Shown: positions 12,101 through 23,100 of the stretch, one piece after another | Position numbering within the stretch: position 1 is the first letter of the stretch | How the letters are laid out: each line of letters begins with the position of its first letter | Assembly (NCBI GenBank): GCA_002633005.1 | Contig: NMRA01000013.1 | Span: 1,612,185 to 1,676,184, forward strand | Reading direction: 5' to 3' | Source: Phoronis australis | Taxonomy: Eukaryota > Animalia > Phoronida | Length of the DNA stretch: 64,000 bases | Translations under genes and position numbers: made by a program | Notes under the pieces: generated by a model | Told to the model about the DNA's origin: nothing | What the model saw: the letters and a program-made list of their open reading frames with translations, nothing else | Database searches by the model: none

Positions 12101-12324
12101 TTGAATACAGGCATCTGTTGGTGAAGTGACGCTATCCTCCCATTTTTGGATGGAATCGAGGTATTTTGCGCCACCTAGTGGTCATTTTTGCTGTTTTCGA
12201 GTCTGTTTTTTGGCGTCCAGCCCTCTATCAACCAAATCATTCTAAGGATGTTTTTGAAAATTTGGCGTTTATGTTCTCTATGTGAAGAGGATGGTTGACG
12301 ATGACGGCTTTGACTACTGTTGCA
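9176..12324 (+). repeat. Near-identical 1.57-kb direct duplication (9176-10740 and 10747-12324) joined at an N
   Basis: Both copies start cccc(t)tgcagggtcttattgaaa and end gactactgttgca; n at 10741. Confidence 0.9.
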
Positions 12325-12710
12325 TCTCCAATGTTAGTTTTGTTTTGTTTTGTTTTGCGCCCATAGCTGTATCTCCTAAACCCACTGCTGGGTCTTTATT
12401 GAATTTAGTAACTGAAGCTAACAACAGACAATGACTACTTTCGTGTGGATCCAATGAACACTGTGCCCCCTAGTGGCAGTTTTCACTTTATTCTGTTTTC
12501 CTTTGTTTTTCTGAAGTTCCGTGACAAAATTTCTATGAAATTTGGTGAATAGCTTTCTGTTAAAGAAGCTATGACATGTTCCCTTTTTCGGGTGCGTTGT
12601 ATGTTTTTGTGCCGTCTAGTGGCCATTTTTATGGCCAATAAACAACCCTAAAAGCACACCGTTTGTGATGCATTCGTGGGCGCATTTCAACGCTCTGCGT
12701 TGCTCTTGTT
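9357..12710 (+). mobile_element. Younger HINE/DINE-like element with central tandem array (~450-bp trimer of ~150-bp subunits); length inflated by a 1.57-kb duplication
   Basis: Starts in a T-run. 5' subterminal IR atgcgcccgcatat / atatgtggacgcat, then cgtccgtcc repeats. 3' subterminal IR gtgggcgcat (12676-12685), hairpin caacgc-tct-gcgttg and terminal ctcttgtt. No TSD. Confidence 0.85.
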
Positions 12711-13864
12711 TGTTAAGGAGACAATGATGCCATCGGGTATTACTTATGGAAGGATTTGATGAATTTTACACCACCTTGTGGCCATTTATTTTTCTATGCG
12801 CCGAAATTGTCAAAGAACCATTTTGAAAATTTATAGATGTGTTCCTGTTGAGAAGGCCCCCACTGATATTGATTTTTGGGCAGGTTCATCTACTTTGTTG
12901 CTTCCTACTGCTGATTTTGTTTGTTTTTACATTTTTGGCCAAATCTCCTTGATCCTTTGAAGGAACTTCGTGAAGTTTGAAAGTTGCATTTCTATGTGGC
13001 CGATGACAAATGGTAACGAGTTTCGATTTGATCCGAATTCCACTGTGCCCCTCAGTAGCAAAATACTTTTTTATGATTGTTTACCTCTATATCTTCAGAG
13101 CTCATTAATGTATTTTCATGAAATTCAGCAAAATAGGTTTCTATTAAGGAGATGACCATTTTCGGACTGATTTGACATTTCCTGTGCCACCTGGTGGCCA
13201 TTTAAAAATTTGTGCGTACATTTTTGGCATCAGTCTATCTGCTAAAGCACTCAAAGGATCATGAAAATTGTCGGTTGTTTTCCTGATGTAGAGACTACAG
13301 CTGATGTTGACTGTCAGCTGGTTTCTACAACTCTAGCACCCCCTAGGGGCATTTTTGCTTTTTTGCATCTATGGTACTGTTGTATCTCCTTAACCCTTTG
13401 TAAAATCTTTGTGAAATTTGGCAGATGTGCTCCTATAGAGATGGCAACAGATGACTATGAGTTTCAGACCAATCAGACTTAAGCTGTGCCCCCTAGTGTC
13501 AGTTTCAGGATTTATGGTTGCTTTTGTACCTTTAAAGTTGCTTGGCCATGTTCTCGAAATCTGGCAAATAGTTGTCTTAGACAATCGTACTTTCCCATTT
13601 TGGACAGATCTGACATATTTTGTACCATCTAATCGCCATTTTTATGGCACCAAAACACCTGTAAAGCACACCAATCACATCCCTGTTATGGGCACATTTA
13701 ACACTCCCTTGTTGCTCTTGTATGATTTTCTTGTTCAGTCCGTTTGTTGAGTGGAAATGCCTTTTTAATAAAATTGGAATTCCTAGTTGCTCTAATGCTC
13801 GGAGCTGTTTAATTTCTGTTATCTTTACTTAGAGTGCCTTTTCACCCGTTTCTGTTTCTTACAG

Positions 13865-13988
13865 GGCATTGGTGCAGCTCACGAAGAGAGTGCGTTGGAA
13901 GGTCAGACGGAGGTGCCTCCTGTAGAGGAGAAAGTGAACTTGCATTTTGTGGCTTTTGTCGAATCCAATGGTAGCCTCTATGAATTAG
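13865..13988 (+). CDS. UCHL3: UCH exon 6 (124 nt), crossover loop and catalytic His: [41 protein letters not shown]
   Basis: EGQTE and LHF..LYEL motifs; tttcttacag acceptor; G|GTAACG donor. The loop resembles UCHL3 more than UCHL1. Confidence 0.96.
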
Positions 13989-14327
13989 GTAACGCATTTG
14001 ACCTTAATTCATATATGAAGTGACTTCATTATCCCTGGGTGGTAACTTGTAAAAGGAATCTTGATTTGACAGGTAGTAGGTCGCCAGACAGAAAAAATAA
14101 TTTTTTCATGGAAAATTGCAGAAGCAATCATTATTCCAGGTCTATTTTTGCTTTCCATACCAATAACAATAATTCATTACTTCTTGTCTACAAAAGTTAA
14201 GTATCAAAAATATCATGTTCCAATTTGTCATAGGGTGATTACATAACAGATTTAACTTTACCAAATGTTTTTATGACATCTACCCAGTCATTACGGATAA
14301 AGATTTTATAATAGATTAAAATTTTGT

Positions 14328-14551
14328 TAGGCTTGGAATTTTCCTCTTTTAAGAGGATTTCCTATTTTTTGGTTTTGGTTTTGATTTCTTTTTATTTGAT
14401 TTTTAGAATTCTCTTTTTTCGTCTCTTTTTTGTTATAATTTTGACTTTGTTCAGGCAAAAACGTTAATTTCTAGCACACAAGCTTATTTGTGGAACGACA
14501 CATCACCTAGAAAATTGTCCTCTTTTTTGTCATTGGTCATTCCAAGCCCTG
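14328..14551. mobile_element. Degenerate short copy of the CAGGGCTTGGAAT-TIR DNA element, in UCH intron 6
   Basis: Left end aggcttggaattttcc; right 29 nt ttttttgtcattggtcattccaagccctg identical to 34071-34099. Confidence 0.75.
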
Positions 14552-15651
14552 AATTACTTTATTTTTTATGAGAAATTTGACAAATTTTGTTTTCACTACA
14601 TCACTAATATTGTTTGCCAAATGGGTGAAGAACTTCCGTACCTGACATTGACATATGTGGTGTTCATTAGCTTACTCCATGGATGTCAAATTTGGTTTAG
14701 AAAATCGTGTGCTTAAGGTCCCACAGAATTAGAAAACGCAAGTGAATGTGGAGACCGACATCAGCAAATGATGAATAAATGGAATGTAGAGACAAAGACT
14801 TGTAGTTTTGGTTACAAGAACTAGTGCCAGTGTGTTACGAAATCTACCAAAACAAAATTGCCATCATAGTAAACACTCAGATTCTTACCTAATGCCTACG
14901 GTGGTGGATTCACTAGGCTTGCGAATTTGGCAAAATGCTTCATTTTTGATTGTGCCTGTGTGTTGCATTCCGAAGACATGAGCTCACTACAGCACAGGTC
15001 ACAAATTTTTTGAAAACTGATCTGCTAATTGTAACAGGACGGTTATAGGCCCACAGCAGTGCCACCTTTCATGCAGACTCTTGAATATTCCCTATGATCG
15101 ACACGTACTGTTGTGCCACATCCAGAGTTTTTCACTTTCATCAGTCTTAATGAAATGTTGCCTAGTTATTACATGTGGAAGGATTTAAAAAATACGTCTC
15201 GGCATATCGTGGTGAAAGCTACATGAATTGTGATCCAGTGCCAACTGCAGCGGTGACCATGCTAACAACATCTAGCAGACTGTTGCCAAACAGTGAGAAA
15301 AAACTTGGTGGCCTATTGCAGCAGCTGTGACATGCCATTGAATGGTGTTTGGGTACCTGCCCGTTGCAAGTCCTAGTTGGGTGGCCATCAGGCCTGAGAT
15401 TTGAACAGTTAGTTTACTTCTACCCAAATCACTTTCATGATGGGTTAGGTATGAGTTGAGGCCCTATAAAGTTTGAAGCATTTTCTCGAATTGTTTTGAT
15501 GCACTTGTTGCTAATGGCAGTAGCGTCCTGGCATGGTAAGGAATATTATGAGACGGATTTTTGAGAGCAAGTGGCCTGATTTTAGTTTTGTTTGTCTGCC
15601 AGCTGAACAGGATGAAGTGATGTTCTATTACTTAATTACACTTCGTTTTAG

Positions 15652-15710
15652 ATGGCCGCAAGTCTGGTCCCACCTGCCATGGAAAATCCAGCCCAGATAC
15701 CCTGCTGGAG
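15652..15710 (+). CDS. UCHL3: UCH exon 7 (59 nt) with catalytic Asp: DGRKSGPTCHGKSSPDTLLE
   Basis: Completes ELDGR; ttttag acceptor; GAG|GTAACT donor. Confidence 0.95.
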
Positions 15711-16760
15711 GTAACTGTTGTAATCTTTTGTAGTTTTTCCGAAGCTACAATAATATCTCATCAATTTTACACATTCAAAAACAATTGCTAAAACTGATCA
15801 TATTTAATTTTTCAACGGCTTCAAAATGTGTTTGAATGACTCCAATAACACTGTGTGATAGTATAAAACCTTAAAAATGAGTGAGCATTTATCATAAACA
15901 CTCGTATTTGTTGAACAAAATTAAAAAATAAAATTTCAGTTTTCAGCCTTTTCGTGTCTTATTGTGATGAGATTGTACTGTTAAACAGAACAAGTTACTG
16001 TGCTTGATCAATTCATGTTTTTGAGTTGCAGAGCCCCCTTTTGAGTAGAATTGGAACTAAATTGAAAGCTCACTGGTACTGAACAGGAACTGTGCCACAA
16101 ACTGAGATACACTTCTAAGAAGTACATTTTTGCAGGGTTACTTGTTATTACTGGTTATGTAGGACAAAAGCATGAAAGTTTTGAGACATCCAGTTGAGTT
16201 AACAAAATACAGAAAAATTGAGTCAAATACTGAAATTTGCTAACTTAAGAAACGGACGCAATGTCGCTAACTCAAGTGAGCAAATTGTAGTAGTTTTCTG
16301 TATTTTGATTATGTAAGACCTTATCAACATGTCAGACTCTGTGAATTCACACAAATATCTAGACCAAATTTTGTTGGTATGAAAGTTCAGAAACGCTGTA
16401 CAGTTTTCTAAATTATCATTTAATTTTGGTTGTATAGAACTTTTGATTTTTTCATAAAAATTAAAGCTGTATTTTTGATAGCCCCTTTTGCAAAAGTGGC
16501 TCAGTTTAAAACAGTTTTTCGCGGCGTTTTGGAAAACAGTACAAAAAGCATTTGACTCTGACCAGCCACTTCTGAGATATGGTGTTCCAAAGTCATCCAA
16601 ATTTGGACATTTTTCTAGGGTCCTGCATAACCTCAAAGCAGCTTTGAAATGATGGTAACGTACAGGTGTGCGAATTGCTGAACCCATCACCAAAGCAATC
16701 ATGCTGATAGTGTACACAAGTTGAGTGGAATTTCTGATGCAGGTGTTCCATTTCTTTCAG

Positions 16761-16844
16761 GACACCGTGGCGGTCGCGCGGCTATTTATGAAGCGTGACC
16801 CCACCGAGGTCAACTTCTCTCTCGTCGCTCTCGCTATGGCATGA
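16761..16844 (+). CDS. UCHL3: UCH exon 8, terminal: DTVAVARLFMKRDPTEVNFSLVALAMA*; total CDS 675 nt, 224 aa
   Basis: C-terminal FM-x-RDP-x-E-x-x-FS-x-x-AL motif; tttctttcag acceptor; TGA at 16842-16844. Confidence 0.95.
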   Translation, partial: DTVAVARLFMKRDPTEVNFSLVALAMA

Positions 16845-17646
16845 AGAACCAAAGGATTGGCAGGCATATGTTTTCCCTTATCACAATATCTTCTTATTGT
16901 TCTGTAAGCGTCCCGGACACGTGTTTCTGTCACGAAGTTGTGTTTTATTGCCTGCTATGATCGTTCTGTTATGACAAGTCATCAGGCTTATTGAACTTTC
17001 AGTCGCGATTTCTGGTAGGATTGTGTGTGTTTGAGGCCAGCAGTCTCATTTCTATACGTATAACTCAACCCACGAGTGCTTTCATCGGCTATAGGTGTCA
17101 CCAGCTGCAACAGAAGAGTTCGAGCACGCCTAGAAGGTTACTTTTACCAAGATACGTTTTACCAAAGATAAGTGCTACACGGCAGTTTTTAGGCCGCTAT
17201 AGACGCGTCTTATGTAAAAAAGCTGACTTTGATTTTATGCCACTTACGGTTATAAACTTGGGTCTCAACTTGATTGATAGTTTAATTAGGAGATGTTTCT
17301 GGTCTGGGAGAAGCGGTGATGATTCATTATTGATCGAGACCTGAGTCGGCAACTTGACTCTGGGAACAGGCTGATCATTTTATGTGCGAGTCATGACCTC
17401 GAACAGTAACGATCTGCCAGTTTTTTCCGAACCCTTAAATCTGAGCACAGAGCTAGCTAAGACCGGCTCTGTTACCCTAAGTGTGCTCAATCAAAAGTAA
17501 TTTTTTGACAAAAAGCAAATTTATAGCACCTGTAATGGCTAGTGTCATAATTAAGTAAGTAATATATAGTGTGCATATGTTTCAATATTTATACAAACTC
17601 CAGTAAAACATCTGGAAGATGGCCAAGCTATTGTAGGTGAACTCTT

Positions 17647-17652
17647 AATAAA
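17647..17652 (+). terminator. Candidate polyadenylation signal for the UCH gene
   Basis: First AATAAA I noticed after the stop codon (~800 nt downstream). Motif only; common by chance in AT-rich DNA. Confidence 0.25.
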
Positions 17653-17761
17653 CTGAAACCAGGAGGCAAAGTAATGACTAAATAATTGAAAAAAGAACAA
17701 ATGCTCTACAAGTCTCTTTGAAAGTGTCATTCCACTATATTTTGTATCGGAAACTTGGTCG

Positions 17762-18047
17762 TAGAAAATAAACCTGAAACTAAATAAGGCGATCCAGATC
17801 CTCCCAAGGATACTATTGTTTCACGAAATGTAGAATTTAAATAGGTAAATAAAACAACAAGAATGGATCAACTGAAATTTTCGGATGTGATAACGTCCTT
17901 TGTCAACAGAAACAGAAATAAAGTAAAATCAAACACTATATGACAATTGACATTGATTTTACTTTATTTCTGTTTCTGTTGACAAAGGACGTTATTACAT
18001 CCGATAATTTCAGTTCATCCATTCTTGTTTTTTATTTACCTATTTAT
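17762..18047. mobile_element. Insertion containing a ~95-bp-arm inverted repeat, flanked by an 11-bp direct repeat
   Basis: Arms 17838-17932 and 17953-18046 with few mismatches and a 20-nt loop; aaacttggtcg at 17751-17761 and 18048-18058. Confidence 0.8.
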
Positions 18048-18710
18048 AAACTTGGTCGCTAATGACAAAAAGCATCCTTTTCTTTTTACTTTAATAATAT
18101 GTTCCACTATGATGCTGGTGCCCTATGTTTTAGACATCTCATAATTGGTGACTGACAAGTGGCACCCTCTTTTGGCCGTGGTGAATACTGATGCCACTGG
18201 CAACAAGCTGTAGGGGAAAATAATGAGAGCTAATAATGTGTTGACAGGAAAAAAGTAATATTAACTGAACACTTTTAATCACCTGCATGACAATATCTGT
18301 GTTGACACAGAAATTCACGGTTTCCAACTCCAAAGGCTGACGGCGTTGATGAAGATTCTGAAATGATTTTTTATTCTTCATCCTTTTAAATATGTTTTGA
18401 AATGAATTATCTGACTGTGTATTAGTGCTGCCGTTTTGTGCAAAATTATTTGCAAAATCATGCTGAAGTTGATTATTATGAGTTTTTGATGTTTGATCAC
18501 TTGTTTGCATTACGTGTGTAATGTCTGTATCTTTGCTCATTAAATGTTTGTCATAAAGCAAGTTGTCTTGTTGTTCATAGTCTTGTAATAGCTCGCTTGC
18601 AACTGTCTACATGCTCGCGCATTTTGATATCAAAATGCTCAGTTGCGGGTAATCTTTATGCAGTGACAAAACTAATTTTGTTGGCCATTTTAGGTTTTGA
18701 CAGTCTTAGG

Positions 18711-18957
18711 GGACAGTGAGGCCTAGTGGGTTGAGTGTCTTCCTTCTGTTCATGAGGTCATAGGTTGTAATCCCACTGGACCCCACTACTTTGGTTAGGT
18801 CTCCAGTTCCTCAGCTAATTTGTGTATATGTCTATATGTGTTATATGTCTCTTTTTATTGAATGAAAAACCGCTTCAGGTGTTTGGTGCAATGGGCCCAG
18901 TTGAGTGGCCTGTGCACATCTGATGCAACAGGTGTCAGACCACCTGCACTATTTTTA
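18711..18957 (+). mobile_element. tRNA-derived SINE, copy 1
   Basis: A-box-like ggcctagtgg and B-box-like ggttgtaatccc; body and tail (gtgcaatggg..., agaccacctgca) align with the reverse complement of 41155-41387. Confidence 0.7.
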
Positions 18958-19545
18958 GGGTTTGACTAAATGAAGGTATTCCTTGTCCGTTCATAATTGT
19001 CAAAATGGATTGCCGGATTTTGATAAACCTTGGTGTAGAGGTTTAAGATATAGCTGGAATGTGCCGGCACTTGGTGATTTTCAGCTTGGATGGTCTGCTG
19101 ATGAAATAGCCATTTAACTTTTTTACTGCCAACTTCATGGGAAACGCACTTCCCAAAGCCAGTTGAATTTTGAGGCATTTTGGAAGGCTTTGGTACATAA
19201 CTAAAAAGGCTACGAAATTGCTGTTATTTGCTAACTGAAACTTGAAAATTCTACATCTTTCTGAATCCGGTACACCGTTGGACAGTTGAAACTCTGCTTG
19301 TGAGTTCGAATCGTGAACAGTTTACGATATGACATCGTTGACAGTATATGTAGCTGCCTCAGCTTTCATCGTAGCAGTCAGACAAATCAGCATCAACAAA
19401 GCGTTCTAAATTTTGAATAAAAAATGTTCTTTTTTAACATTTTTTCTGCCAAACAAAGGCCTAATATTAAAGTACAGCTAAAATAGACAAACCGAAGGCA
19501 GGTGCTTAAGTCGACAAAAGGCAATATTGGCACTGATAGTCTTAA

Positions 19546-19973
19546 AGTGGTCTATTCGTGCAGTACGAAAGTAATAAATACCTCAAGCAGTATACCGTTT
19601 GTGAGTGCTTTGTGTTGTGTGCATGCCATGGGTTAAAGATAAGATCTTGTAGGCAACTAGAAAAATGTCCAAATTTGGCTGATCGTATTGCTATGAAACT
19701 CTCCCTGTATAATTTATGCACTGTTCTCCAAAACGCCATCAGGATTTACGTACGGGTATTCATATACTATTAGGATTTGTTTATGAAATATTCCACTTGA
19801 TATTAGGGCTTATTAATGATAGGACTTCGATGTGAATGTCTGGCAGACAACAGTGAGATTTGGCAATTTGTGATAAAATCACAAATAACAAGAGTTTTTT
19901 GGTCAAAGCTAACATCTTCATCTCGTAATAATCCCTAAAATGCGTTTTTGACCGTAAAAACGTTAATGTCCCC
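19546..19973. mobile_element. Possible Kolobok-like non-autonomous DNA element
   Basis: TTAA on both flanks with weak terminal inverted similarity (agtggtctatt / aatgtcccc). Internal segment aaaaatgtccaaatttgg recurs inverted near 16598-16615. Confidence 0.4.
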
Positions 19974-20000
19974 TTAAGAAAATTCTACTTCAATATCAGC

Positions 20001-20108
20001 TTTGTGTTTAGTGTACCGTTGTCTCCCTTTGTGTTTAGTGTACAGTTGTCTCCCTTTGTGTTTATTGTACAGTTGTCTCCCTTTGTGTTTAGTGTACAGT
20101 TGTGTCCC
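20001..20108. repeat. Minisatellite, 4 x 27 bp (tttgtgtttagtgtacagttgtctccc)
   Basis: Directly visible tandem copies. Confidence 0.95.
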
Positions 20109-23100
20109 TCCAACTCTTCCTGAGACGCTTTTCTTTCTCTGGCACAATTTTGACCTGTGTAGCATTGTAATAAGTTAAAAATTCTCCAGTTTGGGATGTT
20201 CTCTAAACTGGAATCTGAGCTGAAAATGTATATTTCCTGATTCTGAAATTAGGGACATGGGCTATTTTTGCAGGTATCAAATCTCGAATTGTAGACCCAT
20301 GCATATTTTTTGAATAGCAGGCTTTGAAAATAAATTTGAAGTAAAGGAACGCTGATCTTTTACGTGTCAGTAAGAACTGCTGCCATGTCCTGGAATTTCG
20401 GGATGCCCAATATTGCATATCTGGTACAAGCTTTGACCTTGAGCGAAAACATTTTGCTTTTCCTCTTTCTCAAACTGGAGGATTTTTACTTTGAGCCTTT
20501 TGAAATCAATATGGTAATTTTTCTTTCTCCTTATTCAAAGTGTTTTTTTGATTGTGCTGTACCTGTTTAACTCTGCAGTAATTTCACAAGTGTTGGCTTC
20601 TTGTCGATTTTTGCTGCATGTAGGCTGAATAGAAACTTTTGTCAAATCAATTTAAAAACACCTTTTCTCAATTAAATTGCTCGTAGCTTTAATATCATCC
20701 AGCATCTTGAACTAGAAGCTGGCAACATTTATTTTGCCTGGTAGTTCTAACAGAAAACAGGTGTTCCTGATGTTATTAAACGCTGAATCATCTGCTTAAG
20801 GCAATTTGTTTTGGAGCAACAGGCGAAATTGAATTACTTGAAAAACGCACTTGCTGAAGTCCAAACCAATTGAACAAAAACAATGAACAAATTTTTAAAA
20901 GAAATTATGGAGTTTCTAGAATTATTGTGGTGGCTGTGACTGACTTAAATTTAAACCATATTTTCAATTAAGTGTTTTTGCCATGAGTTTATATTGGAAT
21001 GTTGACATCAACAAACACGCAAAGGTTGGAAAATGTGTTAAGGCTTACAACCAATTGAGTTAATTAAAAGCTATATAGTGAATTCTTGACTTGAGCACTT
21101 TTTAGCAACTTAATTAACACTTGTTGCAAGGTGGTGTGTTATTGAACTTCTTGACATGTGATGGCAATATTCTGAAAACTGTTACTTATTATTTTTTTCA
21201 AAACTAATAAGTAATAATAATGCAATTTACAAGGGACATTTTTATGTGGTAATATATAATGGAATGCTTTTAAATGATGTTTTCAAACAATATTTTCATA
21301 GCGTGTGCAACATTAGGGCCCACAGTCATTATCCTTGCATTATCATTTAAAAGATGAAAGCAACCATTTTTGAGGCTAGCTTTACTGAAATACTGAAAAT
21401 ACAGATCACTGTTTATCAATCAGTCTTCTCCACTACCTGTTTTGACTAACTGTAGTAACAAGTTTGAAATTCTCTTCAGCAAGCCTGACTTCCTTGCATA
21501 TTTCTGCCTGTCTACAGCCTGTTTGATCAAATTTTTTATCCAGACCTTCTGAGAATGAGTTTGGTATGTTAACACAGACTGTTGTGTGAGACCCTAGATT
21601 CAAATTCGGCTAATTTCAATATATTGCATCTCAGAATTGTCTGATCAGATTTACGTGAAACTTTCAGAAGTTATGCTTGATGCATTGTGTTCCATAATGT
21701 TAGAAATTGTTTTTAAAATGTCTTGCTTTTGCATGACGCAGCATCAAAAATAGGACATTGCGTTTTTGTAAAAAATCTCTAAAGTTGCATAAATTGAAAA
21801 TGAAATGATAATTTTGAGAAGTGTAACACCGTTTTTGAGATTTCATCTTAAACATTATTATATAGTCAAAAGAAATTTGATGAGTTTATTCAGATGCCAT
21901 TGTTTTGCTGCAACTGCTCCTTTATCGTTGATTAATCTAAAAAATATGATGCCATGATCCGACTGAGGTAATTGTATACCTTAGTGAAATGCTGGTTTTT
22001 CAAAAATGCAATGTTCACATGCTATCCGTAATATTTCTTTAAACACGTCATTTATGCGCCATTTATAGTGGCTTGAGACGAATTGTAATGATTTCAAACC
22101 TGATCAATCTTTACTGGCTGTTTGCAGACCTTTTGATCTTCGTTTTTAGCAGTTTTGAACATTAATTTCTTTCGTGCATTGGTCGGTTAATACATACGTG
22201 CATACTTATTTTATCTTTTGCTGAGGGAATCAAGTCACGAATTTTTGATTTTCTTTACGCACAACAGGGATTGGCCATCAAAAATGAAGATTGAAGACAT
22301 TGTTTTTAAAGAGACTTTGATGGCTTATATCTCCTTTGTTTGAGAATAAATAAAGTCTTAGACATGGTTCTCTGTGTATTGACAATATAAATATATCTAT
22401 TCAATTACAAATTCTTATCTGCATTTTTTAGAAATGATGATGTTGATATCAAAACGTGACAACAAACAACGGTCAGTTGATTATTACTGAGATGTTTGCA
22501 TGATGTCTTAGTGCATGAATTTTTATTCTTACATAAATTGTCGCAAGCTCAAAAGATTTCTCAGTAATCTACAAAAATATTTACTTTTTAGGTAGAAAAT
22601 GAACGGTTGAAATATTGTTTGATGAAGCGTGAAAGGACTTCATGAAGATTGACAGTTACCTTAATGGCAGGTTGGCTTATAATCAAAAATTCAAATTATG
22701 CAGGATTTCTTTTAGAAAATACACTTGCTGAATTAATTTCTGCGGTTTTGTTGATATTTATCCAAAGTAGACAAAGTTTCGATAATATTATATATAACCT
22801 TGAATGCATTTTTTGTCCTTTTTCAGTGTGTATAAAATCAAACTCTTATTCTCTTAAGACATAAGCCTGGGTATCCTTTTTATTGCCGACCATTTCCCAT
22901 CCTCAGTTAAGATATTTTCTAAGGTCGTTTAACCGAATCATCTATTGTAAGCCTTGTTCTTCTATTTAAATCATTAGTATTGTTATTCAGGCATGGCCTT
23001 AATATCTGCTTGGATGTCCAGCGATGCGGTTCATGGTCGTTGATTGAGGCTTATAGTAGGTCGTCTTCATATTTGCTGCCTTGCAGAAAATCGCATGTAA

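Larger units (their letters stand above)
9075..13721 (+). mobile_element. Older, diverged Helentron-associated non-autonomous element (HINE/DINE-1-like), interrupted by a younger copy; in UCH intron 5
   Basis: 5' stem-loop (tgcccacttatttatatgtgggtgca) plus GTCC-type microsatellite, degenerate ~150-bp subunits, and 3' end atgggcacat...gttgctcttgt at 13688-13721. Confidence 0.7.

Noticed and set aside
9540-12630. Regularly spaced conserved motif resembling a CRISPR array
   Set aside because: The intervening sequences are themselves repeated rather than unique spacers, the period is ~150 bp, the context is a eukaryotic intron, and there are no cas genes.
16223-16717. 164-aa minus-strand ORF in UCH intron 7
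   Set aside because: It overlaps an interspersed repeat (LEKCPNL also appears at 19558..19773), has no recognisable domain and is antisense to the host gene.
19974-20165. ORF with repeated QLYTKHKGR peptide
   Set aside because: It is simply the translation of the 27-bp minisatellite.
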